Assembly (NCBI GenBank): GCA_963802945.1
Contig: CAWDKY010000015.1
Span: 256,001 to 320,000, forward strand
Direction of reading: 5' to 3'
Length of the DNA stretch: 64,000 nt
Source: an uncultured delta proteobacterium
GTDB taxonomy: Bacteria > Desulfobacterota > RBG-13-43-22
This document shows positions 20,225 through 30,320 of the stretch, in pieces. The first letter of the stretch is position 1; each line of letters opens with the position of its first letter. The translations under genes and the position numbers were made by a program. The notes beneath the pieces were generated by a model. The model was not told where the DNA came from and ran no database searches. It saw nothing but the letters and a program-made list of their open reading frames with translations.

Positions 20225-21288
20225 TCACATCCTCATGGCCCGGGTCAGCAAATTCATCTCATTGGGGTAGTTGAGGGCATCCCAGGGGAAAATTTCCCCT
20301 TCTTGCCATCGCTGCCAACGCCTAAGGTCCTCTTCAACCATAATCCGGACCAATTCTTTAAACCGCACCTCCGGGCTTCCATCCTAATTTTTTCCGGGCT
20401 TTGGTATAATCTCCATGCAAAAGACTCACATCAATAGGTCGGAAAAAGCGTTTATCTTTTTTGACATATTTTTTCCAGTTAAGGCCGACCACGTCAAAGG
20501 CCTGCTGAACAAATTCTTCCACCGAATGACATTCATTGAGTGGCCACTACATAATCGTCGGGTTTTGAATGTTGGAGCATCAACCACATGGATTTTACAT
20601 AATCCCGGGCATACCCCCAATCCCTTTTGGCCGACAGGTTACCCAGATGCAGTTCTTTTTCCAGACCCATGGCAATCTTGGCAACAGCATTGGTGATCTT
20701 CCGGGTAACAAACTCCAAACCCCGCAGAGGGGATTCATGATTGAAAAGGATGCCGTTGACGGCAAAAATACCATACCCTTCCCGATAAATCTTGGTTATC
20801 CAATAACCGTATATTTTGGCAGCGGCATAAGGGCTGGCCGGACAAAAAGGTGAAGTTTCATTGAGAAGCATTTGACCGTGATTACCGTATAATTCACTGG
20901 TTGAGGCTTGATAGAATTTGATTTTGGGATTGACCTGACGGATCACCTCCAGGATACGGGGCACGGCCAAACCTGAAACATTGGCCGTACCGATGGGTTC
21001 TTCAAAAGAGGCCCCCACAAAACTCTGGGCCGCCAGGTTATAAATCTCATCGGGCTTTGAGCTGATGATTGCTTCGGTAATGGAGGCGGTATCAATCAAT
21101 TCCACAGGGATCAGACTTATTTTATCAAAAATATTGAGATACTGAATTCTCCAAAAATTGGGAGTGGAAAGCCTTCGAAAAGTTCCAAATACCTGGTACC
21201 CTTTTTCCAAAAGAAATTGGGCCAGATAGGCCCCGTCCTGCCCGGTCACTCCGGTGATTAAGGCTCGTTTTTTTACAGTTTTAGCCAT
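20225..21288 (-). CDS. gmd: GDP-mannose 4,6-dehydratase (two single-base insertions near 20538 and ~20373, probably sequencing errors)
   Basis: [55 protein letters not shown]; continues HSVEEF..RPIDV..LGWKP..MVEEDL in shifted frames. Confidence 0.9.
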
Positions 21289-21373
21289 AACGAATACCTC
21301 TCTTTGTTGAAATAATTTTCCCTATCCGGCAGCTTTTTTGAATCCTTGGCCCCCTACTTTCATCCTAATATTT

Positions 21374-22075
21374 TCAGCTTCCAAATCGCAGGGCCAGCGT
21401 GGACTTAGCGTAACTCACCAAATATTTAACAAAGTCGGTCTTACTTTCTCCGCCCATGCGGAACTCATAGATTACCGGAACTTCCCGGATGACAAAGCCT
21501 GCCTTAAGGGCATAATGGATCAAGCGAATGCAATAATCGCCGTACCCATAAAAAATGGCCTTGTTTTTTACCTGATCCACTACCTTTCTTTTAAGGACTA
21601 AAAAGCCGCTCAGGTTGTCTTTTATCGGGGACCCCAAAACCAGACGAATAAAAATATTAAAGACCCAACTTCCCAGATAACGCAAGCAGGAGGTCTTCAT
21701 CCCCCCGCCGGAAATGTAACGGGACCCAATGACCATATCCGCTTCAGGAATTTGTTCCAGAAGCCTGGGTAGGTCCTTGGGGTGGTGGTTAAAATCCGTA
21801 TCCATAACGGCGATAATATCGGCTTGTGACTGCTCGATCCCTTTGGCTATGGCCGTGGCCAAACCCCGTTCTTCTTTTCTAAGAATTAGAAAGACCTCCG
21901 GTTGAGAAGAAAACCTTTTCCGTACTAGATCCGCCGTTCCATCCGGGCTGTTATCATCAACTACAATAATCTGTGATTTGACCGGCAAAGGGGCCAAAAC
22001 ATCCAAAATCGTCTGGATTAAATCTCCGATGTTTTCTTTTTCATTATAGGTCGGCAAAATAACTGAGAGTTTGAT
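21374..22075 (-). CDS. GT2 polyprenol-phosphate glycosyltransferase (Dpm1/ArnC-like); likely ATC start
   Basis: KLSVILPTYNEKENI, VVDDNSPDGT, RGLATA, MDTDFNH, GSRY. Confidence 0.88.
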   Translation of the reverse strand: MKLSVILPTYNEKENIGDLIQTILDVLAPLPVKSQIIVVDDNSPDGTADLVRKRFSSQPEVFLILRKEERGLATAIAKGIEQSQADIIAVMDTDFNHHPKDLPRLLEQIPEADMVIGSRYISGGGMKTSCLRYLGSWVFNIFIRLVLGSPIKDNLSGFLVLKRKVVDQVKNKAIFYGYGDYCIRLIHYALKAGFVIREVPVIYEFRMGGESKTDFVKYLVSYAKSTLALRFGS

Positions 22076-22087
22076 GGGTCGGTTCCT

Positions 22088-23182
22088 TTATTTATCTAAA
22101 AATATTTGGATCATCTCCGCGATATGGTCTTGTTCGGAGCGAGTCAGATTAAATCCCGATGGAAGGGAAATTCCACCTTTTGAAATTCGAGAGGCAACCG
22201 GGAAAGTCCCGTAATCCTGGTAGGGAGGCATGTCGGGTATCGGATAAAAAACAGGACGGCTTTCTACCTGGGCTTGAGCGAGAAAGTCTATCAGATCATC
22301 TCGATTCTTCTGTGTTTCAGGTTTTATTAATAGGCTATAGAGCCAAAAAATGGACTTGGCCCAGACCTCTTCAGATGGCAGGATCAGACCGGCATTTTTC
22401 TTAAGACCTTGAGTGTAATGGTTGGCTATTTCTCTTTTTCGTTCAATCAACCGATCCAGTTTAGTCATTTGCCCCATGCCGATTGCGGCCTGGATGTTGG
22501 TCATTCTGAAATTATAGCCCACTACCGGATGCCAATATTTCTTCTCTTTGGACATCCCATGATCGCGGAGCATACGGGCCTTTTCCACCCACTCGGAATT
22601 GTCGGTGGTGATCATCCCTCCTTCACCGGTGGAAATGATCTTGTTTCCATAAAAGCTGAAGCACCCCATATGCCCTAACGATCCCACTTTCTCCCCTTGA
22701 TATTCTGCGCCGTGGGCCTCGGCTGCATCCTCTATGACCCAAAGACGGTATTCCTCAGCCAATTTCATAATTGGCCCCATATCGGCTGGGTGTCCATAGA
22801 GATGGACCGGTATAATGGCCTTGGTATGCTCGGTGATCAAGGGCCTGATCAGAGAAGGATTTATGGTCCAGGTTTTTTCATCCACATCAGCGAAGACGGG
22901 CTTGGCCCCGACATAAACCACCACATTGGCGCTGGCAACAAAGCTTAAAGCCGGAACGATCACCTCATCGCCTGGACCGATCCCCAAGGTGAGTAAAGCC
23001 AAATGCAATGCTGTGGTTCCGTTTGAAGTGGCCACCCCGAATCGGGAGCCGCAAAAGCCGGAAAAGGCCTTTTCAAATTCGGCAATATATTTCCCCTGGG
23101 AGGAGATCCAGCCGGTTTTTAAACAATCCATGACTAAGTCGATCTCTTGCTGATCAAGCCAGGGCTCCATAATGGGAATCAT
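22088..23182 (-). CDS. GDP-perosamine synthase-like DegT/DnrJ aminotransferase
   Basis: WISSQG.YIAEFE, SNGTTALHLAL, IEDAAEAHG, FSFYGNKIISTGEGGM, GYNFRMTNIQAAIG; linked to gmd. Confidence 0.88.
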   Translation of the reverse strand: MIPIMEPWLDQQEIDLVMDCLKTGWISSQGKYIAEFEKAFSGFCGSRFGVATSNGTTALHLALLTLGIGPGDEVIVPALSFVASANVVVYVGAKPVFADVDEKTWTINPSLIRPLITEHTKAIIPVHLYGHPADMGPIMKLAEEYRLWVIEDAAEAHGAEYQGEKVGSLGHMGCFSFYGNKIISTGEGGMITTDNSEWVEKARMLRDHGMSKEKKYWHPVVGYNFRMTNIQAAIGMGQMTKLDRLIERKREIANHYTQGLKKNAGLILPSEEVWAKSIFWLYSLLIKPETQKNRDDLIDFLAQAQVESRPVFYPIPDMPPYQDYGTFPVASRISKGGISLPSGFNLTRSEQDHIAEMIQIFLDK

Positions 23183-23269
23183 AATAATCCTTTACTGAAC
23201 AGAAGCCATCGATAGCCTCAAAAAATAATATAGCTTAGTCTAACCAAAATGGGGGATAAAGTCAAAACG

Positions 23270-23329
23270 TTTCCTAGAAAGTCCCTTGAAGAAGGCATAA
23301 AAACTGCTATAGTCTGGCATTACGAAGAA
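23270..23329 (+). pseudogene. Tiny C-terminal remnant of an NAD-dependent epimerase/dehydratase
   Basis: Translates FPRKSLEEGIKTAIVWHYEE, matching the extended-SDR tail pattern SLEEGI...W. Confidence 0.45.
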
Positions 23330-23372
23330 ATCACTTTTCTTCACTCACAATGACTTTCTTGGAGACATTTTA

Positions 23373-24467
23373 CTAATGGATCATCTCTTGAAAAACCAAA
23401 TCATGGATGAAGGGCCTGAAGGATTTGATTTTTTCATTGGCCCGGGTGGGATGAATACGGTTAGCCAAAAGAATAACCAGAAAATCTCTTTCCAGATCCA
23501 GCCAAAAGGAAGTTCCTGTAAACCCAAGGTGACCTACACTTTTTTGAGAAAAATATCGGCCGGCACTGGAATCCGTCTCCGTTGGGGTATCAAAGCCGAG
23601 GGCCCTGGTTGTCCCTCTGGGCTCTTCCTGCCTTTGCCAAAAGATACGAACCCAATCCCCGTTAAAAAAATTCGGATTCTTGGGCTGGTCATAGGCCCTT
23701 TTTAAGGCTCTAATGAGTTGAAAAACTTCAAGGGCTGTTCCAAATAGACCAGCCTGTCCGGAAATCCCCCCCACTACATAGGTATTATCGTCATGGACTT
23801 CTCCCCGCAGGACTTTTTTACGCCACGGGCAGTCTTCGGTGGCGGCATAGGCCTCCGGATCAGGAACCCCGGACTGGGTTAATGGCCTGAATCCCAAATG
23901 GATTAGGCCCAGGGGAGTATAGACATTTTTTCGAATCCAGGCGTCCAATCCTTCTACGGCGGTCTCTTCAAAAATCCATTCCAGAAGAATAAAGCCAAGG
24001 TCGCTATAGAGGGTTTGGCTGCCAGATGGATATAATAAAGGTTCTTTTATAACCCAATTCCGAAGTATTGCTTTTTTGTCCCCCGATTGACGGATTAGAT
24101 CCAAATAATAGGGTTGATAAGCCGGGAATCCGGCCGAATGGGCCAAAAGGCGCCTAAGGGTGATCCCTTGTTTTTCGGGAGACTTGGTGCTGTCCCACCA
24201 AAATCCCAAGGGTTGATCCAATGATAACCGGCCTCTTTCGACCAGAGACATAATCCCCAAGGAAGTGGCCAAGGGTTTGGTCAAAGAGGCCAGGTCAAAA
24301 ATGGTTTCTGTGTTAAGGAGTTGCTTCTCTGGAATCACCGATGCATAACCATAAGCCTGATGAAGAAGTATTTCCTCTGCCCGGGCCGCCAATAAAACCG
24401 CCCCGGGGAATACTCCTTCCTTGACTGCGGAGTACATGACTTGGTGGATTTTTAAAAAAGATGACAT
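23373..24467 (-). CDS. Serine hydrolase, beta-lactamase/AmpC family
   Basis: FDLASLTK (SxxK), LLAHSAG, YSDLGF, GEVHDDN, GHLGFTGT. Confidence 0.9.
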   Translation of the reverse strand: MSSFLKIHQVMYSAVKEGVFPGAVLLAARAEEILLHQAYGYASVIPEKQLLNTETIFDLASLTKPLATSLGIMSLVERGRLSLDQPLGFWWDSTKSPEKQGITLRRLLAHSAGFPAYQPYYLDLIRQSGDKKAILRNWVIKEPLLYPSGSQTLYSDLGFILLEWIFEETAVEGLDAWIRKNVYTPLGLIHLGFRPLTQSGVPDPEAYAATEDCPWRKKVLRGEVHDDNTYVVGGISGQAGLFGTALEVFQLIRALKRAYDQPKNPNFFNGDWVRIFWQRQEEPRGTTRALGFDTPTETDSSAGRYFSQKSVGHLGFTGTSFWLDLERDFLVILLANRIHPTRANEKIKSFRPFIHDLVFQEMIH

Positions 24468-24564
24468 AACAGGACAAATAAAATCCGTTTTGCTGGCGAA
24501 AGTTCAAAGCTGAAAGCTGAAAGGGAAAGCTATTATTTTTGAACCTTGAGCTTTTAGGTTTCAG

Positions 24565-25473
24565 CTAAAAATGAATTGACAACAAACCTTTTTCGGCATC
24601 TAAGGCGGCAGGGGCTCCAATCGGAAAAGGGAAATTCCAGGAACCGTGGCCGATAGGTAATCCGGTCCAGACCGGAATATTCAGATCTCTTAAAATATCT
24701 TTGACCGCATCCTTGGGCAGTTCTTTTTGATTAGGCCCGGTAAACTTTCCCAGGAGGATGGCGGAAACCTTTCCCAAACAACCTCTTAATCTCAGATGGG
24801 TTAGAAGGCGATCCAGCCGGTAAGATTCTTCCCCGCAATCCTCAAGAAACAGGATGGCATCATCCCAGACAGGCTCGTAAGGGGTACCTATCAAGTGAAC
24901 CAGCAAGCTCAGGTTCCCGCCCATAAGTATACCCTTGGCGCTTCCCGGTAAAACAGCCCGATTTATGCTCAGGGGAAGTTGAATTTGGTAATGCCCCATC
25001 AACATTGCCTGTACTCTAACAAGGGTGGAATGATTTACTTTAGATAAGGTAGTCATCATAGGGCCGTGAAAAGTCATTAGATCGGCTTTTTTCCAAAAGG
25101 CCACCAGTAAGACGGTGACATCACTAAAGCCCATAAAGAGTTTTGGATGGGCTTTGATAATATTAAAATCCAGATAATCCAATATTCGCAGGGTCCCATA
25201 GCCGCCGCGAGAGCACAGAATGGCTTTTACTTCTGGATCGACAAAGAGTCGCATCAATTCTCCGGCCCGTTCCCGGTCGGTTCCGGCCAGATATCCTTTT
25301 CGGATGATCCTTTTCCTGCCCAAGGCCACCTGAAATCCCCATTGTTTTAAAAGATGAATCCCTTCCTCAAGGGCCTTGGCCTGATAAGGGCTGGCCGGAG
25401 TAGCAATTCCAATGGTATCTCCGGATTTAAGAAAAGGGGGGACGGTTAGCTTCTTTTTTTTTAGAGCTGACAT
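24565..25473 (-). CDS. ldcA: LD-carboxypeptidase (peptidase S66)
   Basis: SRGGYG, GFSDVT, HGPM, GGNLSL, LEDCGE, IGHG. Confidence 0.9.
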   Translation of the reverse strand: MSALKKKKLTVPPFLKSGDTIGIATPASPYQAKALEEGIHLLKQWGFQVALGRKRIIRKGYLAGTDRERAGELMRLFVDPEVKAILCSRGGYGTLRILDYLDFNIIKAHPKLFMGFSDVTVLLVAFWKKADLMTFHGPMMTTLSKVNHSTLVRVQAMLMGHYQIQLPLSINRAVLPGSAKGILMGGNLSLLVHLIGTPYEPVWDDAILFLEDCGEESYRLDRLLTHLRLRGCLGKVSAILLGKFTGPNQKELPKDAVKDILRDLNIPVWTGLPIGHGSWNFPFPIGAPAALDAEKGLLSIHF

Positions 25474-25487
25474 TTTACTGTTACTCT

Positions 25488-25970
25488 CTATAATTTGTAA
25501 CCGAATTTACGAAGGATATCCTTTCTCCAAAGCTGGCCTTCTTCCCCTTCCACACCCTGGGGAGAAAAGCCGTCTACAACACCCAGAACCCCTCGGCCTT
25601 GATCGGTTTGAGCCAGGACAACCTCTGTCGGATTGGCTGTGGCGCAATAGATGGAACAGACTTCCGGACAGTTTTTGACGGCATTCAAGACATTGATGGG
25701 AAAGGCCTGGCGAAGAAGGATATTGAAGGTATGGCCGGCCGCGATATTTCTGGCGTTGTTGACGGCCGCTGTCTCTAATTCCGGATCGTTGCCTATAGTT
25801 CGAACCAGGCAATCACCCGAGGCCTCACAAAAAGCCAATCCGAACTTGATCCCCGGCACGGATCCGATGAGGATTTCATAGAGGTCTTCCACGGTTTTAA
25901 TAAAATGGGTCTGCCCAAAAATAATATTGGCCCCTTCCGGGATTTCCAGCTTTTGAACAATCAATTCCAT
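25488..25970 (-). CDS. Adenosine-specific kinase family (DUF355)
   Basis: GQTHFIKTVEDL, FCEASG, AGHTF, FPINVLN, CATANP, GRGVLGVVDG, GYKL. Confidence 0.88.
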   Translation of the reverse strand: MELIVQKLEIPEGANIIFGQTHFIKTVEDLYEILIGSVPGIKFGLAFCEASGDCLVRTIGNDPELETAAVNNARNIAAGHTFNILLRQAFPINVLNAVKNCPEVCSIYCATANPTEVVLAQTDQGRGVLGVVDGFSPQGVEGEEGQLWRKDILRKFGYKL

Positions 25971-26049
25971 GGTCTCCCTCCTATTAGTCGCTCATAGTCT
26001 ATAGATCATAGAAAATGTCTTGCCTTGTCTCTTATCACCCTTCACCCCC

Positions 26050-26418
26050 ATTACGGCATCTCCAAGACTTCCTGACCTTTTTTGACAATTCAATAACCGG
26101 GTAAGGCTTTTGAATAAAGGCTTTACAACCTTTATCGATAAGTTGTGCAGCCTGCCCATCGATGATGTACCCGCTGGACAGGAGAACCTTCAGCTTGGAT
26201 TCAATTTCCTTAAGCTGCTCGTAGGTCTGACTTCCTTATAAGTCAGGATGGATCTTGTCCCGGATAAGCAAAGAGATTTCCTAATGTTTTTTCCGGAACA
26301 GGGAAATCGCCGCTTGACCGCTACTGGCCGGCAATACGATATACCCCAAGTTCTCCAGGATTTCCCTGGTTACTGTCAGGACCTCATCATCATCATCTAC
26401 TAAACTTATGTTCTCAAT
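26050..26418 (-). pseudogene. Degraded response-regulator receiver domain
   Basis: ISLVDDDEV..LENLGYIVLPASSGQAA..*..*..KVLLSSGY..FIQKPY with in-frame stops at 26281-83 and 26236-38. Confidence 0.75.
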
Positions 26419-26446
26419 CAGCTCCTTTTATTCCACTATTGCAAGG

Positions 26447-27049
26447 CTATTTTTCTTTGAACTCGATATTAGCCAGATATCGGGTGATGGCTCCATCATA
26501 ATGATGGGTCAGGGCATAGACCTTCTTGGCCAGATAAAACCGGGTCGCCTTGGAAGTATTCCCGCTGGATTTTATTTCCAAAAGGACCTGGGGATAATCA
26601 GCCGGATCGGTTAGAACCGTCACATCCTGAAAGTTTTTAGCAGCCGCCCGAAGCAAGGCCGGGCCGCCGATATCAATATTTTCTATGGCCTCTTCCAGGG
26701 TGCATCCGGGTTTGGCCACGGTTTTTTCGAAGGCATAGAGGTTGACGATCAACAGATCAATCGGTTCGATGCCCAGAGCGTTCATCTGTTCCTGGTGTTT
26801 GGGGTCGTTCCTGCGGCCTAAAAGTCCACCATGAATTTTGGGCTGAAGGGTTTTGACCCGGCCGTCCAAAATTTCCGGAAAACCCGTATAGGCTGAAACT
26901 TCGGTCACCGGTATGGCCGCTGCTTTTAAGGCCTTGGCTGTTCCGCCGGTGGATAAGATTTCAAAGCCGAGGTTTACTAACTCCTGGGCCAAGGGAACGA
27001 TTCCAGTCTTGTCCGTAACGCTGATCAAGGCACGTTTTTTTTTTGCCAT
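26447..27049 (-). CDS. purH: Stand-alone IMP cyclohydrolase (N-terminal PurH domain)
   Basis: [39 protein letters not shown]; clean stop at 200 aa. Confidence 0.9.
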   Translation of the reverse strand: MAKKKRALISVTDKTGIVPLAQELVNLGFEILSTGGTAKALKAAAIPVTEVSAYTGFPEILDGRVKTLQPKIHGGLLGRRNDPKHQEQMNALGIEPIDLLIVNLYAFEKTVAKPGCTLEEAIENIDIGGPALLRAAAKNFQDVTVLTDPADYPQVLLEIKSSGNTSKATRFYLAKKVYALTHHYDGAITRYLANIEFKEK

Positions 27050-27256
27050 ATTAAATCCCTCTTTCTTAAATTGAAGTGGAAGTGAAATACGTTTGGACTT
27101 CAGATTGGTGAATTTTTACACTAAATTCCAAACTCAAATCGTATTCAATCCTCATGTCTGCCTGGTTCGAGCACCACGAAACATGTAAATGATTTTAAAG
27201 GTTCAATCCCGCCAGAGGCGGGACAAGATCCTCGAACCCTATGTTCGTTTAAAATA

Positions 27257-27601
27257 TTAACTCTCCAAGGCCTGAGAGACTTCATTCAATAACGTATTGA
27301 AGGTTTCTAAGGCTTCCGACAACTCGACTTCCAGTTTTTGAATCCGCTCTTTGGAGTCGGTTAACTCAGACTGCATCCGGTCCATTTCTTGGGAGAGGGC
27401 CTCTTTTTCCTGATTGGCCTGCTCTAAATTTTCCCTCAAGTATTGAATCTTATCGATGACCTCTTTTTTCCATCGAACGACGGTTTCTTTTACCGGCGGG
27501 TTTTTCAACACAACTCCCACCTTAGAATCCTCCACAATGTCGGGCTGTTCTTTGGGGGTGGGGAACTTTATCGGGGCGTTAGTCTCATAAATATCATCCA
27601 T
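27257..27601 (-). CDS. Hypothetical coiled-coil protein, partner of ParA
   Basis: SD AAGGAG; Pro-rich N-terminus then about 65 aa of heptad pattern. Confidence 0.7.
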   Translation of the reverse strand: MDDIYETNAPIKFPTPKEQPDIVEDSKVGVVLKNPPVKETVVRWKKEVIDKIQYLRENLEQANQEKEALSQEMDRMQSELTDSKERIQKLEVELSEALETFNTLLNEVSQALES

Positions 27602-27616
27602 GAACGGTCTCCTTGA

Positions 27617-28405
27617 TTATTTACGCTTTAGGGTTTTAGACTGTAATAAGATACTTTCTAAAAATTGGACCACTTTCCTCAGGTCACGGGCCGCTGTCGA
27701 TTGGGGTGCAAGGGTCGTTACGGGCATCTGAAGTTTGATGGCCTGAGAAAATTTCTGGTCTTCTCGCACCATAACCGGCATCAAAAATTTATGATAATAC
27801 TTTTCTAAAGCAGCCCGGTTCTCCCGATCTAATGGGCGGTGGTTATTCAGCTTATTCATCAAGATCCAAATCATTTTTAAATTATACCGAAAATCTTTGC
27901 AGGTTTTTTCTAAAAAAGCAAAAAGGTTTTTCAGACTTAGGTATGAAAAGACATCAGGTAATACCGGTATAATAAGAGTCTGTGCAGCAAATAAGGCATT
28001 GTAGGTAATTAAATTCAAACTGGCCCCGACATCCATAATAACCAAATCATAAGGAAAGGGAACCATGGCCGATAAGGCGTCTTTTAATTTCCATTCCCTC
28101 CAGGGTTTGGACATCAAGGCATTATTTAAATATAGATGGTCCTCCGTGGCCGGAATCAAAGAAAGCCTTGGATGGGAGGTGGGGACTATCGACCCTGCCA
28201 GGGGGCGCTCATGGATCAAGGAATAATACAATGAAGTTTGATTTTTAGCGGGTTTGCCTTGGAGCGATTGGGTCAAATGACCTTGAGGATCCAGGTCGAT
28301 CATCAATACAAAATGCCCTTCTTCGGCCAGAAGCCAACCCAAAGAACTGCTTAGGGTTGTTTTCCCGGTTCCTCCTTTTAAACTAAAAAAGGTGATCGGA
28401 TTCAT
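27617..28405 (-). CDS. ParA/MinD-family ATPase (orphan)
   Basis: Deviant Walker A KGGTGKTT, IDLDPQGHLT, NALFAA..IIPV. Confidence 0.9.
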   Translation of the reverse strand: MNPITFFSLKGGTGKTTLSSSLGWLLAEEGHFVLMIDLDPQGHLTQSLQGKPAKNQTSLYYSLIHERPLAGSIVPTSHPRLSLIPATEDHLYLNNALMSKPWREWKLKDALSAMVPFPYDLVIMDVGASLNLITYNALFAAQTLIIPVLPDVFSYLSLKNLFAFLEKTCKDFRYNLKMIWILMNKLNNHRPLDRENRAALEKYYHKFLMPVMVREDQKFSQAIKLQMPVTTLAPQSTAARDLRKVVQFLESILLQSKTLKRK

Positions 28406-28513
28406 GGAGTTCCTATCCCCTTGGCCTGCTTTAAAGCCGCTCCGCGAACGGATTCCCTGGCCACCGCGGTTGCCTTCAAGGAGTTTCTTTTTAATCTATC
28501 GACCGCTGGAAGA

Positions 28514-29546
28514 TCAAGATCCTTCAAACAGACTTCCTTGGAATTCCTGGGGGACTTTTTTCCCAAAATGACCATAGGCCAAAGGGGTAGCCACCCTCCC
28601 CCTGGAGGTACGATTCAGGAATCCGCATTGAATCAAAAAAGGCTCATAGACATCCTCCAAGGTGTCTCTTTCCTCGCCCAAGGCCACGGAGAGAGCCTCG
28701 ACTCCTACCGGGCCTCCATTAAATTTTTCGATGATAGTCAGTAAAATTTTTCGGTCCATCTTGTCCAAACCCAATTGGTCCACTTCCAGCATCCTTAAGG
28801 CCTCCTGAGCAACTTTCAAGGTGATACAGCCGTTGGCCTTGACTTGGGCAAAATCCCTGACCCGCTTGAGGATCCGATTAGCCACCCGTGGGGTTCCCCT
28901 GGAGCGCTTGGCAATCTCCAAAATTCCACCCTCTTCTACCGGGATATCCAGAATCTCCGCCGACCGGAAGAGGATAATCTTTAACTCTTCTGCAGAGTAA
29001 AAATCAACCCTCAGGACCACCCCAAACCGGTCCCGCAATGGTGGGGTGAGCAGACCAGCCCGGGTCGTAGCCCCTATCAGAGTGAATTTGGGCAGATCCA
29101 ACTTGATGGAGCGGGCACTGGGCCCCTGTCCGATCATGATATCCAACTGAAAGTCTTCCATGGCTGGATAGAGGATTTCTTCCACGACATGATTTAGACG
29201 ATGGATTTCATCAATAAACAGACAATCATTATGAGATGAAATTGGTCAACAGGGCTGCCAAGTCCCCAGGTCTCTCGACCACCGGACCTGAAGTGCCCTT
29301 TAGGTTGACATTCAGCTCATGGGCAATAATATTAGCCAGAGTGGTCTTGCCCAGTCCTGGGAATCCGTAGAGAAGCACATGATCCAAGGCCTCTCCCCGT
29401 TCCAGGGTCGCCTGGATAAAGACCTTCAGATTGTTCTTGACCTCTTCCTGGCCGACAAATTCAGAAAGACCTTTAGGTCTCAGACCGACTTCCAAACGCC
29501 TTTCTTCTTCGGTAAGTTCAGGATTGATAATTCGTTCTGGCTTCAT
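28514..29546 (-). CDS. ruvB: Holliday junction helicase RuvB (one-base insertion near 29238)
   Basis: [46 protein letters not shown]. Confidence 0.95.
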
Positions 29547-30145
29547 CTCGACAATGACTTTAAGGCCTTTCGAAGGAGATCTTCAAGAGAAATCGGTCCA
29601 TCGGTTTCATTTTTTATCCGATCCAAGGTCTTCTCGGCAACGGCTCTGGGATATCCCAGGTTTACTAAGGCCGAAACAGCATCCTCGAACGGTATTCCTT
29701 CTTCAACTCCCCGGACCAAAGACGGCAAGGGGCCGGAACTCATTTTCTTGATCTTGTCTTTTAATTCCAAAACAATCCGTTCAGCGGTTTTCCTGCCCAC
29801 CCCTGGAATTCTTTGAATCCGACCACTGTCTTCCGTCAGCAGGGCCTGGCAGAATTCCTGGACAGAAATACCGGAAAGGATGTTCAAGGCCACCTTGGGG
29901 CCGATGCCGGAGACCCCAATAAGCAGCAGGAAAATCTCCTTTTCTTTAGGGGTCATAAAACCAAAGAGTTGAAAGGTATCCTGGCGGACATGGGTGTAAA
30001 TATGAAGCTGGACTGCTTGCTCTACGGAAGGCAGGTCATAAAAAGAAGAGAGAGGAACCGCCACCTGATAGCCGATCCCCTGGGCTAAGACGATGATCCC
30101 TTCAGGTGATTTGGATAATAGGCGGCCTTCGAGAAAAGCGATCAT
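29543..30145 (-). CDS. ruvA: Holliday junction DNA-binding protein RuvA
   Basis: [33 protein letters not shown]. Confidence 0.95.
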   Translation of the reverse strand: MIAFLEGRLLSKSPEGIIVLAQGIGYQVAVPLSSFYDLPSVEQAVQLHIYTHVRQDTFQLFGFMTPKEKEIFLLLIGVSGIGPKVALNILSGISVQEFCQALLTEDSGRIQRIPGVGRKTAERIVLELKDKIKKMSSGPLPSLVRGVEEGIPFEDAVSALVNLGYPRAVAEKTLDRIKNETDGPISLEDLLRKALKSLSR

Positions 30146-30160
30146 CCTTGTTCCTTACCA

Positions 30161-30314
30161 GGTTGATGAAAAATGCCCGTCAGTTCCGCATTTCGCGGGA
30201 TTGTGCTGCACCCTTCCCCGGCCTTAATCGGAGCAGGCTTATTGCAGCGAACTTTTATGTACACTTCATTCCTCAGGATTTGCACGCCTTGTATCTGGTC
30301 ATTTTTGATCAACC
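30161..30314. mobile_element. MITE-like element, copy B, between ruvC and ruvA
   Basis: 15-bp TIR GGTTGATGAAAAATG / CATTTTTGATCAACC (14/15); core homologous to copy A. Confidence 0.7.
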
Positions 30315-30320
30315 CATACT

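Noticed and set aside
27050-27256. ZTP riboswitch upstream of purH halves (also 44411-44508)
   Set aside because: Could not find the consensus elements by eye; regions are occupied by short repeats. An Rfam scan would be decisive
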